A stretch of DNA of 64,000 nucleotides, taken from Lama glama. Taxonomy: Eukaryota. The first letter of the stretch is position 1. Every line of letters begins with the position of its first letter. The notes under the pieces are model-generated. The model was not told the DNA's origin, made no database searches, and was given only the letters and a program-made list of their open reading frames with translations. The position numbers were made by a program, and so were the translations under genes. The DNA is taken from contig CM052816.1 of NCBI GenBank assembly GCA_028534125.1, forward strand, positions 77,502,001-77,566,000, read 5' to 3'. This document shows positions 1 through 12,330 of this stretch, in pieces.

Positions 1-194
1 GGTTTTAGGACTTTCCATCGGTTCACATTTAACTACTTTTGGAACTGGGCTTTGAATCTTTCCTACTCTAGCACATTCTGGGCTTTGCCACCAAATCTTG
101 TTCAACGGCAGGACTGTAGATTATCCTCAGTGAAGGGCACTGGTCTGGAGCTTTGCAGTGGGCATCTTTTATTTATTAATTTTTAAAAATTTCC

Positions 195-625
195 CAGCAT
201 CTGTTCCTCCTTTTTCCGATTAATCGCACCACAACCTTCCTTTAAGAAACCAAACCCTCCTGAACTCTCAATTCATGTACTTCAGGTCTGAATCACCCAC
301 CAGTCCTTAGTTCTAGAGCTCAGAATATGACAAGTGCCTGGCCAGTTAGTGTCCTCTTCTCCTTGGCCACAGAGATTGGCTCAGAGAATGAAGAGGGACT
401 TAAGCCTGGCCAATTAGAATGAATATTGAGACTCTTAAGTCCGCTGAGAAAGTGCCGCTCTTTTCCAGGGGGGAGCTAAGCTAGTAGACAGCGAGCCTGC
501 CATGCTTGGTGGCCACCTTGCCACCATATAAGAGCCTTGAAAATGGCTTGAAAATGAAGCCAATGGAGGGGGACACATAGGACAGAGATGAATGGAGACA
601 GACTGCTGATGTGACACAGAGATGG
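195..625. mobile_element. Old MaLR LTR (MLT1K/L-like)
   Basis: Motifs cttggccacagagattggctcag, gcctggccaattagaat and gccaccttgccacca...gaaaatgaagccaa are typical of MLT1K/L. Confidence 0.6.
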
Positions 626-1085
626 TCCTCCTTGAATTTAGATTTGCCACCAGACTTGACAGTCACAGGGGCCGATATTACTGCCTCATCTTCTTTCAAG
701 CCTCTGCCACCTGCAACTCAGTAAGTCCTGCCTGAAACAAGCTCCGTGCTCAAGCGGTAAAAGAGAGTCGGTGCAGTACTTCTCTGAAGAAACAAATACC
801 CGTTTCCTACTACCAGAGAATAGGCTAGGAAGTCAAGAAACAAGCAGAGCTAATCAGATCTTGGCAGAACCCTTCATCCCAGCTTCAGAGAGCCTCAGGA
901 ATGAGGTGCTGAGTTATTCTTTTTATGAATCCATGAAGCAGCTGGCCTCAGACAGACCCATCACATTTAATGCAGAGAACACTGTTCATCGGCTCGGTGC
1001 TTCAATTCAAATTCAGCTCTAACTAGAGTTCAGAGGAAGGGCCTTAGATTGGGAATTACTTTTGCTCGTTGTTTGGTTGGTTGGG

Positions 1086-1115
1086 GTTTTTTTTTGTTGT
1101 TGTTGTTGTTGTTGT
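1086..1115. repeat. Poly-T plus (TTG)n microsatellite
   Basis: tttttttttgttgttgttgttgttgttgt. Confidence 0.9.
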
Positions 1116-1683
1116 CATTTTCGCTTAAATTAAGATCGCAGCTTTGAGAATCCGTGTTTTTACATCTGTCAGTTCTTAAAAGAACTTCTAATCACTCTTC
1201 TACCCTCTGATAATCTGAATAGGAGAACTGGAGAGGCAGAGAAGAGTCGAAAAAACCAAACCAGGAAACCTGCCCCATGGCAATACATATGCAAAGCAAA
1301 CAATGAATTGTACTTGTTGTTGTAAGCCACCCCCCTCCCCTGGAGAAAAGTCACCATCAAATATACACTTCAAATATAATGTTTCAAAGCCATGGAGGCA
1401 AGTTTCAAGACTGCAATGCAGGCAGGCTTGTCAGCAGTGGTACTTCAGGAGTTTCCAAAGCCGAGGACAGTCTGATGTGGAGATGGAGAAAAGGTGTGAA
1501 CAGATGGGTCTACCAGACGACCCACCACCGAAGAGGGTATAGGAGCTGGCTAAGGGTTGGAGTGTAAATCTAGGCCCCACGCCTTGGCACCTCTTGAATA
1601 CAAATGCAGTGGAGTCTCCCATCACGCTCGTAATACCTGCCGTCAATGCACATTTGGCTTCTGAATGTGACACACAAACTCAC

Positions 1684-1819
1684 CTGATGAATTCCACAGA
1701 ATAGAACTGAATAGGGGATCTTCCGTCGCCCTCCCCAGGCTTCCAAGATAGGGCCACTTCCGAATCAGAAACCACAGTGACGTGCGGCTGCTGGGGTGCA
1801 GCTGGAGGCAGGCAGGAAT
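1684..1819 (-). CDS. EGFLAM: EGFLAM coding exon 5 (start of FN3 domain 2)
   Basis: tgtctgtcctgcctag|ATTCCTGC...TTCATCAG|gtgagt; 136 nt, phase 1 in and phase 2 out. Translates to (D)[44 protein letters not shown](R), in frame with exon 4. Confidence 0.97.
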
Positions 1820-1885
1820 CTAGGCAGGACAGACAGCAAACAAATAGAGTTGGCTGTAATCTTTGCTACTGGAGAGCTTATATAA

Positions 1886-1927
1886 TACACACACACACAC
1901 ATATATATATATACACACACATACATA
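1886..1927. repeat. Compound (CA)n(TA)n microsatellite about 65 bp into the intron from the exon-5 acceptor
   Basis: tacacacacacacacacatatatatatatacacacacatacata. Confidence 0.9.
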
Positions 1928-2799
1928 AAATAAACGGCCTCAAAATCCCAACCAAGTAAACACAAAAAATCATCGCAACTGGATTCATGTAAGGTTTGAG
2001 TCCATAAGCGCTGGTCTTCCCTTCCCCAGGACTCTGGGGTGGAAATCCTACTAAATTATGTCCAGACTGTTGACCCTGGGACACACAGTGCTGCGTACCC
2101 TTTAAAACCTTCCATCACACTCCTGCCTCCTAACAACCTGTCATCTCTGTCTGCGTGTTGAAATTGGTACGGACCAACAAGGAAATTAAATGCTTAGTGT
2201 TACTGCCACCTCCTTTTAATTTTTGTGTTTGTGTGTCTTTTCCCCCAGATCATGAGAATACAGACCAGTGGTAGGACATTTGGGAGCTGCCCTCCTGTGT
2301 GAAGATGCAGGATGATCCTACCACCCGAGGTAACCGCTCTTACTGTTTTCATATTCAGACTTACTCACATCTCCCAGCCTTTCTTTACACTGTTACTCTG
2401 ACCAGAAACATTTTTCCTGTTTTCGTTTCCTAGCAAAAATCCTATGCAGGTTCCAAAGTCTGAGCCAAAGACATGGTTCTTTCTGAACTCCCCCACCCCC
2501 ACCCACCGAGCCTCGGGGTGGAGGAAGTGCTCCCTTCAACTGCCCAGAGCCAGCTGGGCAGACCTTGGAGCTACCTGCCTACCATTTGCTTCTCCCTCCT
2601 CAGTGAGCTCTGGTGAGCAATGATGTTTTCAAGTCCCCCAGTGCCCGGCACGGTATCACCTCAGTGAGCCTTTGCTGGATTCCCTTGGCCCGTGAGATCT
2701 TTTCTCCCATTCCCCTTCCTCTTAATTCCCACTTACTTAATCAGATCTCCACTCGTCCTCACCTCAGGGAATCCTTACCGCCTACATTGCTTCTCCTTT

Positions 2800-2995
2800 G
2801 CACGTTCTTACAGCGCTCTGAAAGCACTATCCCTATCTGTGGCTACACATTGATTGGATAATGCCTTGACCCACCCCACTAAGTTCTAAGAGGGCTAGGG
2901 TTTTTTGTTTACCTCTGAATTCCCAAAACCTGGCACTGTGCCTGGCACGGAGTAGGTCCCCACTGATATACACTGAATGACGGAATGAATGAACA
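2800..2995 (+). mobile_element. L2 3' end fragment
   Basis: ctggcactgtgcctggcacggagtagg followed by the L2 tail tgaatgacggaatgaatgaa. Confidence 0.7.
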
Positions 2996-3039
2996 GCACC
3001 CATCACTTTACTATTATTAATGAATCCAAGCAGTTTTAC

Positions 3040-3157
3040 CTTGGAGTAAAGTGGTAACATGCCGAGGGGAGCTAAGCCGCCCTTTGCCAGTCTGGCTGTA
3101 AGCTGCTACGCTCACTCGGTACTCAGTGGCTGGTTTCAAATCTCCGACCACTTCCTC
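3040..3157 (-). CDS. EGFLAM: EGFLAM coding exon 4 (end of FN3 domain 1)
   Basis: ttcctgtttggtcatcggcag|GAGGAAGTG...CTCCAAG|gtaaaa; 118 nt, phase 0 in and phase 1 out. Translates to [39 protein letters not shown], which contains the FN3 LKPxTEYxVxVxA motif. Confidence 0.97.
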
Positions 3158-3610
3158 CTGCCGATGACCAAACAGGAAATGTGTCAATGATCAGAAGCTC
3201 TTTTGAGGACAAAAGACACTAGAAACTAGATAATTTCCATGAGGGCTGCATCTCGAGGCCCCTGTGAAATTGCTTGGGAGAGAGGCTGTTTTGCTTTCCC
3301 TGGGACTGGCCAAGATTTTTAATTTGCAGAGGAAAACACCATGACATATTTCCCAAGACCAGAGAACTACCATTTATTGAAATCTATACACCGTCCTAGA
3401 AGTGGAACTCATTCACCCTGTCAGATGTTGCTTTTAACATCTGAGTTCTTCGCTCAAGAGTACTAGGCTGCTGAAATTCAGGTAACAATCTTTTCCAGGG
3501 TTGAAATCCCACAGTCCTTTCTTCCCATTTGCACATCACAGATGCTCAGGGACTAGCCACAACAGAAAACTGAGGTCTTGATGTATACCCGTAAAGCAGG
3601 GACTCAAACT

Positions 3611-3788
3611 TTGGTTCCCAAATTTTAAACTGCATCAAATCAACAGGAAGTCTTCTTAAAACAAATCGCTGAGCCTGCACCCAACATTTCTGATTCAGTA
3701 AATCTGAGAAGGGGCCCAAGAACTTGCATTCCTAAAAAGTTCCCAAGTGATGCTGGTGGTCCACGGACCCCACACTGAGAACCACTAG
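3611..3788. mobile_element. MER5A (hAT-Charlie non-autonomous DNA transposon)
   Basis: tggttcccaaa...tttctgattcagtaaatctgagaaggggcccaagaacttgcattcctaa...tgagaaccactag, with inverted termini. Confidence 0.85.
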
Positions 3789-3964
3789 GACTGATGATGG
3801 ATGTGTCTGTGAACTTCACCCTGTGAACTTAGCACAAATGGCCACAGCCAAAAAGCCCCAGCTGAAGAGGACTTGTTCCTCCTTGGTTTTTGACAAAAGT
3901 GACATGTATTTCAGGCTACAGTGATAAATAGTAAGTGGCAGCCTGGGTCCCACTGATCTCAGCA

Positions 3965-4200
3965 CTTCATGGTGGAAAGAACACTGGCTTTGGAATTAAT
4001 CAGTCCTGGGCGTGAATCTTGACTCTGCCACTTATTGCTAGCTATGGCCTTGATAATAAATTCCCTGAGGCTCAGTTTCTTCCTCTGTAAAATAGGGATG
4101 ATATATAACTATCTCGCCCAGTTACAATATTTGGGATAGTGTATGGAAAGTAGCTGGTACCAGGGATGTCCTCAAGAAACAGAGTTGTAATGATTATTGT
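3965..4200 (+). mobile_element. MIR SINE
   Basis: Contains gactctgccacttattgcta and the MIR core ctcagtttcttcctctgtaaaataggga. Confidence 0.85.
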
Positions 4201-4515
4201 CTTGGGTACTTGAAAACCCTCCTCTTCTCTGCTCACCTAGGTTCCACCACTGCTTTGAGGCCCAAATCTTCCCCTCGACACCTGACCACACAGACTTGCT
4301 ATCACCCTACCAAGTGCTGTGCCATTTAATGAGCACTTACATGTGTCACAAATTATTACTCTTTCTCCTATAGGACTGCAAACCACTGGAGAGCAGGGAT
4401 CCTGTCCTGTATTTCTTCGCAACATGATTAAACGTTCATTGCTGCTAAGGAAAACTAATCAACTGATCAACAAAACTTTTTTAAAGGATTCAACAAATAA
4501 TCGAATACTTAACCA

Positions 4516-4693
4516 CAGTAGTTCTTAACCCCAAAAGCACATTAGAACCACTGGAGGAGCTAAAAGATACCAATGCTTAGACTCCACTCCAGACCACTTA
4601 TATCAGAATCTCTGGTGGGCAGGGCCTAGGTGCTAGTTTGTTTAAAACTCTCCAGGAGATTCTAACATGGGCAGCCAGGTTTGTGAACCACTG
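4516..4693. mobile_element. MER5B (hAT-Charlie)
   Basis: cagtagttcttaac...atcagaatctctgg...ctccaggagattctaacatgggcagccaggtttgtgaaccactg, with terminal inverted repeats. Confidence 0.8.
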
Positions 4694-4789
4694 GTCTAGG
4701 GCTTGGCTCACCTCCTGGCCTCTGAATTCCATCTGTACCCCCTCCCCGCTTCCTCCTGTATCTCCCACCTCTCCCCTATCCACCTGATC

Positions 4790-6295
4790 CTTCTGTAACT
4801 ACTTCCTATACTCAAGTCACTCTCATCCTAAAAACAATCAATTACCCCACCACCACCACACGTGCACCCCTCCCTCCTCTCCACAGAAGCAACCTTCTTG
4901 AAGAAGTTGTCTCCACTTCCTCACCTCCTATTCACTCTTCAGCTTGCTCCCATCTGACCTCGCCTCACCACAAACAATTGAGATGTTCTTAAAGTCACCA
5001 CCACAACTCTGCAGTCAACTCAATGGCAATGTCTCTATGTTTACTTGACTTTTTGCAGCTTTCAACACTGTTGCCACCCTTGCTCCTTAAACGACTTGGT
5101 CCCCTTGGACACCATGACTGCCCCTCCTTGGTCTTCTGCTACTTCTCTTGTTGCTCCTTCACAATATCCACCACTCACTCCCTGTTCCCTGCTGGCCCCT
5201 TAGGTGTGGACCCTCCCAGAAGCACCCCCTCACCATCTTCTCCTCTCACTCTGTAGCCACGCTTAGGTCAGCTCCTCTACCACTCCTTGGCTTTGTGCAC
5301 CTTAGTATGACACCTCCCACTGTCTCCAGCTGTAGCCTGCCTCTGCAGCTCCAGACGTGCGGTTGTGACTGCTTCTTGAACTTCTCTACTCAACAACTAC
5401 ACTGCAACTCAAGTTCTGCATAACCCAAGCACAACTAATCATTCCTCCTCCGACTACCAAAAACAAACCCAAAAAAATCTCACCTTTTGTGTTCTCTCTC
5501 ATTACCCAGACCAGAAATTCTCAACACTTGCCTCTCTCTGTTCACTCCTCCTCCCTAACTACCACTCAATCAATTACCAACACTCTTCCATATCACTTGA
5601 CTCTGTTGATGGCATTTTTCCCTCACAGCTATTTAAGTCCAAGTCCTTGTAATGATGACAATGTCTCTGGCTCTCCCTGCCACCAAAGCTTCCTACACAT
5701 CCAATTTGGACTCTACACTGCTAGAGTGATCTTCCCAAACTCCAAATCTGATTGTGTCACTTCCCATTTATAGCAGGGTCTTTAGCATCTTTCCGTCCCT
5801 CTGTTTATCTTACCAGCATCATCTTGTACTACCTCCCTTCCTGATATTCTACATTCTGGTCATACTTAAGAACTTGGCAGGGCTCAAATTTATGCCATTC
5901 AGTTCCTTGCCTCTGGGCCTTTGAACCTGCTGCTCTCTCCACATGAAACGCCCTTCTCCCCACTCTTGCCTGGCTCACCCTGCTCATCCTTCATGACTCA
6001 GTTCTGCTGAGACATTACCTCATTTCTCTGACCCCCAGCCTCCAGTCTGGTTAGGCGTCCCTCCTCTGTGCTTCCCTGGTGTCCTTGGCGTACCTCAATC
6101 GACGCAACACTCACCTTATATTGTAACTGTCTGTTTATTGATCACCTTCTCCCCACCCACTTGAGGGCAGGAAGCAAGTTCTCATTCCTCTGGCATCCCA
6201 AAGTTTAGCACAGCATGATCAGACATGTAGCAAATGCTCAAGCAATGCTTTTTGATGAATGAATAAATGAACTAGTGAGTGAATGAAAGAAAGAA
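4790..6295 (+). mobile_element. L2 LINE, about 1.5 kb degenerate ORF2 3' part plus tail
   Basis: Pyrimidine-rich L2 RT-region motifs (ttacttgactttttgcagctttcaacactgttg; ccaaatctgattgtgtcact), ending in aaatgctcaagcaatgctttttgatgaatgaataaatgaa. Confidence 0.8.
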
Positions 6296-6994
6296 ATCAA
6301 ACCAAGATGCCCGATATAAATAGATCACCTCATCAAGAACTAGCTTCTCTGACTGACCCCTCCAACATGATTAACAGCATCTGTATCTCTGCCCAGACCC
6401 CAGAGTTAGTCATCTCAGAGATAAGGCTGACTTCCTCTTGCTCACTCTCCCAAGGCACCTCCACCTGCCTTTCAGACCTGTTCCCTTCTTCCACTTCCCT
6501 TGAATCCTTACCTGGGCCATTTCTACAGCCTCCAAGAGGGTGTCTGTCTCTAGTCTTCCCTTCCTTCTCCCTCCCCCAACTCTATCCTATGTGTAACTGC
6601 ATTAGGGGTCTTTGCTGAACATATGGACCTGCTTTCACAGCACCCTGTCCTCCCCCAACCCCGACCCTGGCCAACCTCTGCTCTAATTCTCTGCATCTGT
6701 GCATCCTAATTCCACCATCTGTCCCCTGGTTTCATGTCAAGTTGGTGGTTAAGAGGCTGGAGGTAGCTGTTGTATACAAGCCTCCTGGTCTCACTCCTCT
6801 CCCAGCTGCCACTTCCAGGCTTTTCCCCTAGAAGCAGAGATACGCTTTCAAAGCAACTCATTGCTCTCGCAGGCTTTTGCTGTAGGATCCTTTCTCCTGT
6901 GAAATCATCATGCTGTATGAAGCACGGGGTTGCTGACGTGGTTTCATAGCTTATTGTAGATATTAGCTATGAGCTGATACCATATACAGCTAAC

Positions 6995-7210
6995 ATTAGT
7001 AACCATTTATTGAGTGTTTTCTCTGTTCCAGGAACACATACAGCCTGGTTCAATTCTTCCTTCAGCCCGATGAGGTAGGTATCACTCTTGTTTTCATTTA
7101 CAGAGCAAAAAACAGAATCTCTGAAAAGTGAATGATTTGCTCAAAGCTGTATATTTATTAAGTGGCAAAGTGGGGATCTGAATCTTGCTTTGCTTGATTC
7201 TAGAGACCAA
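6995..7210 (-). mobile_element. MIR SINE
   Basis: accatttattgagtg...tgaggtaggtatcact...catttacagagcaaaaaacaga...gatttgctcaaag. Confidence 0.75.
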
Positions 7211-7374
7211 GACACATAAGAAAAATGTGAAATAATATTTAAATCAACAAAAAAAAACTTTGAAACACTGAAGGCTAGATTGGTATTTTATCTCTAAACC
7301 TGGAAGTCTATGTATCAGAAATTTAAAAAGGGATCTATGAAAAACAAGGGAAATTTCCCTTGTAAAAGGTTTCC

Positions 7375-7466
7375 TTTTTTCCCCCTCGATGGAGGCTCTG
7401 GGGATTGAACGCAGGACCTCGCACATGCTAAGCATATGCTCTACCACTGAGCTATATCCACCTCCC
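7375..7466 (-). mobile_element. tRNA-Ala-derived camelid SINE (Vic-1 type)
   Basis: Reverse complement is gggaggtggatatagctcagtggtagagcatatgcttagcatgtgcgaggtcctgcgttcaatccccagagcctcc plus a short tail. A and B boxes are present. Possible degenerate TSD: tgtaaaaggtt (7361) and tgtagaagtt (7467). Confidence 0.88.
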
Positions 7467-8449
7467 TGTAGAAGTTCTTAATGTGGGTTAAAAAACACCT
7501 AAACTTTTTGGTAAATATGGAAGATTGGTGCTACCTTTAACCCAAGTATATTTTGAGAGGGGGAGGTTCACCTTCCCAGAAGCTAACTATTTCCAGTCTT
7601 TCCTGGTGTCTTTTCCTGAGCTGATAGGCGGGTAGGTTAGCATAAGGGAGTGAGTGTCAAGGGCACTGAGTGATCAGAGTCATAAAAAAAAAGGGGGTGG
7701 ATTCAATGATTTAACTGTCACTTCTTCCTCTGTCATCACTCCTCCCAAACGGAATCCCTCAGAATAGTGTGACTCATGATAACCCTTGAATTCTTTAGTA
7801 AAATGCTGCAAAGTTCTATAAATCTTTCTATTTCAGTCCTTAAAAGTTCTATGGTCCCTGGTTTAGCCTTGCATCAAACTAGATAAGATGCTAACTATCC
7901 CCTTTTCAGTGTAGAAAAACAGTGTTTTGTTGCCTTGCGGAGGTTTAAAAACAAGTCAAAATACTTATCTCTCTCAGACCTCTTTCTGCACAAAGATGGT
8001 GAGAAACAAAGTGAGAGAAATTGCTTTCTTGATGAAGAGGCCAGAGTGAACTCAACAGTCTCCTCTGGCCCCTCCCATACTTTTTTTTTGGTCAGGGGAG
8101 CAAAGTTGGGTGCATTGCAGCAAAATAACCCTGCTTTGTGTTTGTCAAGCCCTTTCCGAAATACGAAGTCCCTTCCAAAAGTTGCCTCATCTTTTAACAC
8201 CTCCAGTGGCTATCATGTGATCAGAGAATTTATATCTACAGAAGAGAAAAGCAAGGCTAGTTAGTCAGTTCATTGATATCAAGAAGAAAGCTGGTCTGGT
8301 TTCCCTTATAAAATGCACCACTTAACATGCTTCCAGTCACCTGATTCCCAGACAGCACAACCAATTCTCCGGCTAGCACTTTGTTTTTCCGATGTCCACT
8401 CCTACTGTGCCAGACCCATCCCCCAACTCACCGTTGGTAATAGTAATGA

Positions 8450-8890
8450 CTCGTCATCCCCTAGTATCCATTCTCTCCTTTCTTGCAATAGATCTCCTGT
8501 ATATTTCATTTGGACCATGGCCACTCAAAGACTACATTTCCCAGCCTCCCTTGCATGTGACTAAATTATGTCCAATAGGATGTGAGCAAAAATGCAGAGG
8601 GCAATTTCTGAATTATCCTTTAATAGTAAGGGGTGTGTGTGTTCCCTTTCTTCTTTTCCTCATCTATGGCTAGAATGTGGATGTGGCAGTAAGATATTCT
8701 GGACCATGAGGAGGCAGGCCAGGAGGATTGGCAAAGCAATGAGATGGAAGAATCCTGGCACAGGGAAGCCACTAGAAGAGCCCTAAACTGGTTATATCCA
8801 GGCGGTTACACGAGGGAAATGTGAATTGTTAGGATCACAGTTATTTTGGGTTTGGGGACTGCTAGACATTCATCTTAAATAATACTTGAC
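8450..8890. mobile_element. Old ERVL/MaLR LTR (LTR33/MLT1J-like)
   Basis: gactacatttcccagcctcccttgcatgtgactaa...ggatgtgagca...ggctagaatgtggatgtg...ctggaccatgagg. Confidence 0.7.
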
Positions 8891-9842
8891 CCAACGCACA
8901 GAAACAACCTGGATAGCTGTACAAGAGGAGCCTCTGGAAAGACGGGGATATTCCTAACTAAACATCTGTTCACTTTGCAATGATGAAACCGTGTTGAATG
9001 GTTCTGAACTTAAATCTCTGACTCTGAATGAGGCCTCACCTTTACTCCCTTCCATGCTACACTTCTCTCCTGCTGCTGGAAACCCAGCCCCTTTGTTTCC
9101 AAGAATGAAGCTGGGTATTATCTGGTTCACCAGTCCTGACATGTAGCCCCTAGGCTGGGAGGGCCTCCAGGGTGCTCAGCTGAAAGGAGGCATGAAGAGG
9201 GAGAGCACTGGACAAGAAGCCAGGAGACCCAGGTTCTGGGGCCAAACAGCTGTGCGGTTTGAAGGGGGGCACTTAACTTCTCTGAGCCAAACTTTCAACA
9301 GGGAAATTCTACAATTCTTCTAAAACAACCGTCACTGGCAGCTGGTCACCTTAAGTTCAGCTTCACAGTTGGCTCTACCAGTCACAGCTGGGCTGCGGTT
9401 GCCCCAGAAGAAGTCAAGAGGAGCGGAGGGAGGAGTTGGAGGGATTTCCCTTCCCTGAGAGGTCACAGAAAGTTAGAGAGTACTTTCCAGGGTTTTACAG
9501 GAAAGGCAGCATTGGCTCTGGGCCTGGACAAAAGTCTTCCTTGTACAAATCTACCCTGGGTATTACAGGAGAGTCCATATCCCTGAAGCTTGTTCACCAA
9601 AATGCCCACACATATTTCCATAGGCCCAGAGGGAACAAAGAAAGCCCCATTTGGGAACCATGATGAATCAGCCCCTTCAAGTAGTCAAAGAGAGGTTCAC
9701 AGGGGTTCAGTGACCTTGCCCACAGTTATCCTTGCTCTAGTGACAGAGCTGGGGCTCGATGCAAGTTTTGTAATCCCTGGCTGTTTCTCTCCCTAACCTT
9801 GGATAAGATCCAAACAGAATCACTATTCTGGGTCAGCCAGGC

Positions 9843-10096
9843 CACTGGACTCCAAAATTGGGTGGTGGAACATTTTCCTGGGTGAGCAAGATAATCTACT
9901 GAGATGTCAGACGAAAACATAAGATCTTTTTATTTCTATTTTATATCCTCCTTCAAAAACTCTGTGGGATTTCATAATGTACATAATATATTGGTAGAGT
10001 GGCATATGTACAAATACATAAATATACATATATTGTTACATGTTCAAATATTTTTTAACTGATGGCATGAATGATCAAAAAGTGTGGAGACCACCA
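9843..10096. mobile_element. hAT-Charlie non-autonomous DNA element
   Basis: Imperfect terminal inverted repeats cactggactccaaa ... tgtggagaccacc around an AT-rich interior. Confidence 0.55.
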
Positions 10097-10991
10097 ATTT
10101 AAACATCCATTTCTATCTCTAACTCTAAAAAAATGACCAAGTTGTCCTGATTTGTTTTACTATTTATTTTTTCAGGATGAAACCTGCAGGTTGTTCTTCT
10201 AAGAAAAGGGTAAGAATCAAATGTTAACCAAATCAGAAGCCCTTATACAGGCAGATTATCAAAGAATGCGTCAGAATTCCACATAATCCACCAGGTTATT
10301 CTGGTCATTTCTTCGTTTGAATCAGACTAACCATTTGTCAACCCAATCTTCTGTTTGGTATACAGTCCAGAAAGTCAGTCAGTTTTAGGTAGCTGGTCCT
10401 GTCTCACTGAGAAGGCCTGGAATTGGCAGAGGAAATGAGAGAAGAGGGTGAAGGGGGTGGGGGAGCTCCCCACAGTGATGCCCACTAGTTTACATATTTT
10501 CTCTCCTTTCCAGCCTTTTTCACTTGGTCTTGGAACAGAGCTTAAATTGCTCCAACTTTTTAAAATGTCACTTTTAACCTTACTCTGCCATGTGAGGTAA
10601 ATGCAGCATCTTTCTAAATGATTAACAGTTCACCTGGTATGCACCGCCATCCTGCTCACAACAAAAACCAAGCATTCCCTGTGGGCCTTAATCAGCATGA
10701 GGGAGATACAGCAAAAAGCAACACTGTGGTGAAAAGAGACCCTCTGAATCCTGGTTTGGGGCAAGGGTTGAACTTTTCTAAAGCATACTTACAAAAACCA
10801 TCTGATGATCCACTCGTTCCTGGAGAGGAGAAAAAAAACAAAACAATGTGAAAAGGAAAGGTAAGAAAAACTTGCAGGACGAAAACGAACCCGTAGAATA
10901 GCTACCCTCCCGCTACGTACAGCCAAACACGCATCTTGACGACGGGAATTCTCCTGACGGCTCACTCAGTTCTTCTCTGTGCCAGGCTTGG

Positions 10992-11167
10992 TTTTTCTTT
11001 TTAATTAAAGCATATTCAATTTACAATATTGTGTCAATTTCTGATGTACAGCATAATGTTTCAGTCTTACATGCACATACATGTATTCCTTATCATATTC
11101 TTTTTTACTACAGGTTATTACAAAATATTGATTATAGTTCCCTGTGCTATATGGTAGAAACTTGTTG
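10992..11167 (-). mobile_element. 5'-truncated L1 3' UTR (cetartiodactyl/camelid type)
   Basis: T-rich tail then tttacaatattgtgtcaatttctgatgtacagcat...tatagttccctgtgctata, the reverse complement of the standard artiodactyl L1 3' end. Confidence 0.85.
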
Positions 11168-12139
11168 CCCGAGGACTGTAGAACCAAGACCTCATTTAAT
11201 GCCCACAACATCCTTATGCTGTAGAATGATGCGATAGAGCACAGAGGTTCCCGGACTTTCTCTGATCGTGGCTCCGTTAGTATCTCAGTCTTTTTACAGC
11301 ACCTCTAACTCCCTCACCTCACACACAGCTCCATTTATTCAAGAGTTATCCCCAAATGACTTGGTAGTAGCAGTTTACACAGATGTTGCTGTTTCCGGTG
11401 AAAAGTTCAATATTGCACGAGGCCCCTGTGGGCTTGCTGCAGAGCCCTGGGGCACCACAGCACACAGACTGGGAAGCACAGATATACCCCTCATATAGAT
11501 CTTATTCGAATCCCTGTTTTGTCGATGAGAATACTAAGACCCAGATACAGGAATCTGAATGCAAGTCATCTGAAGCCAGAGCCCACTCCACTAGACTAGA
11601 CCGCTCCCCTCCCCTCTTCCTGACTCACTGCCTCATGTCCAGTCATCATTTCCTCGCTCCATTCTGTGTGTTCTGCACCTCCCCGTCCCCTCTCCCAAAC
11701 ACACAAGCACGTGTACATGTGTGTTCATTCCCTTAGTTCAAATTATTTGAGCACCCCTCCCTCTCCTGTCTTTCCAGAAACTGCCCGTTTCAGTTCTCAG
11801 CTCCAGATTTTACCTCTTGACCACTTATCCCTACGCTAATCTCTCCCTCTTCAAAACCTCAGTCTGCCTATTAAGTGGCATGTAAGTGACATCTGGTCTC
11901 AGGTTGCTCTCTAATTGCTTTATCAGTGTGAATGTAGTTTTCCCAGTAAGACCAAAAGCTGCCCAAGAACAGCACCTGTGTGTTTTTTGGTGCTGGGCAA
12001 ACAGTAGCAATTATGAAAGTTTGATGAAATCAGCCAGGTAATTACATGCTATAATTTGATAGCATATTCTAGAATACCCAGGTGTGATTAAAGGAGAGGA
12101 TATATTTAGCATAAAGGCAGGCAGTGGTCACCAGGAATA

Positions 12140-12330
12140 ACAGCTAACCTTTATATGGTCCCTTTACATTTTACCAAAGGCTTTTACGTGCACAATTTTA
12201 TTTGATACTCACTCAAGTGTAATTACTATACCCCTTTCATGGGAGAAAGTTAAGGCTTAGACAGTTAAAGTAGCTTTGGCCAAAGTTATCCAACCTGTAA
12301 CATGCAGGAAGGGGGTCAGAAGCCCAGGGT
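12140..12330 (-). mobile_element. MIR SINE
   Basis: aataacagctaacctttat...cccctttcatgggagaaagttaaggcttagacagttaaagtagctttggccaaagtta. Confidence 0.65.

Noticed and set aside
3807..3830. ctgtgaactt x2 as a nuclear-receptor response element
   Set aside because: The AGTTCA half-sites are spaced by 8 nt and do not match the AAGTCA DR1 bound by NR2E3/NR2E1. A micro-duplication is the more likely explanation.
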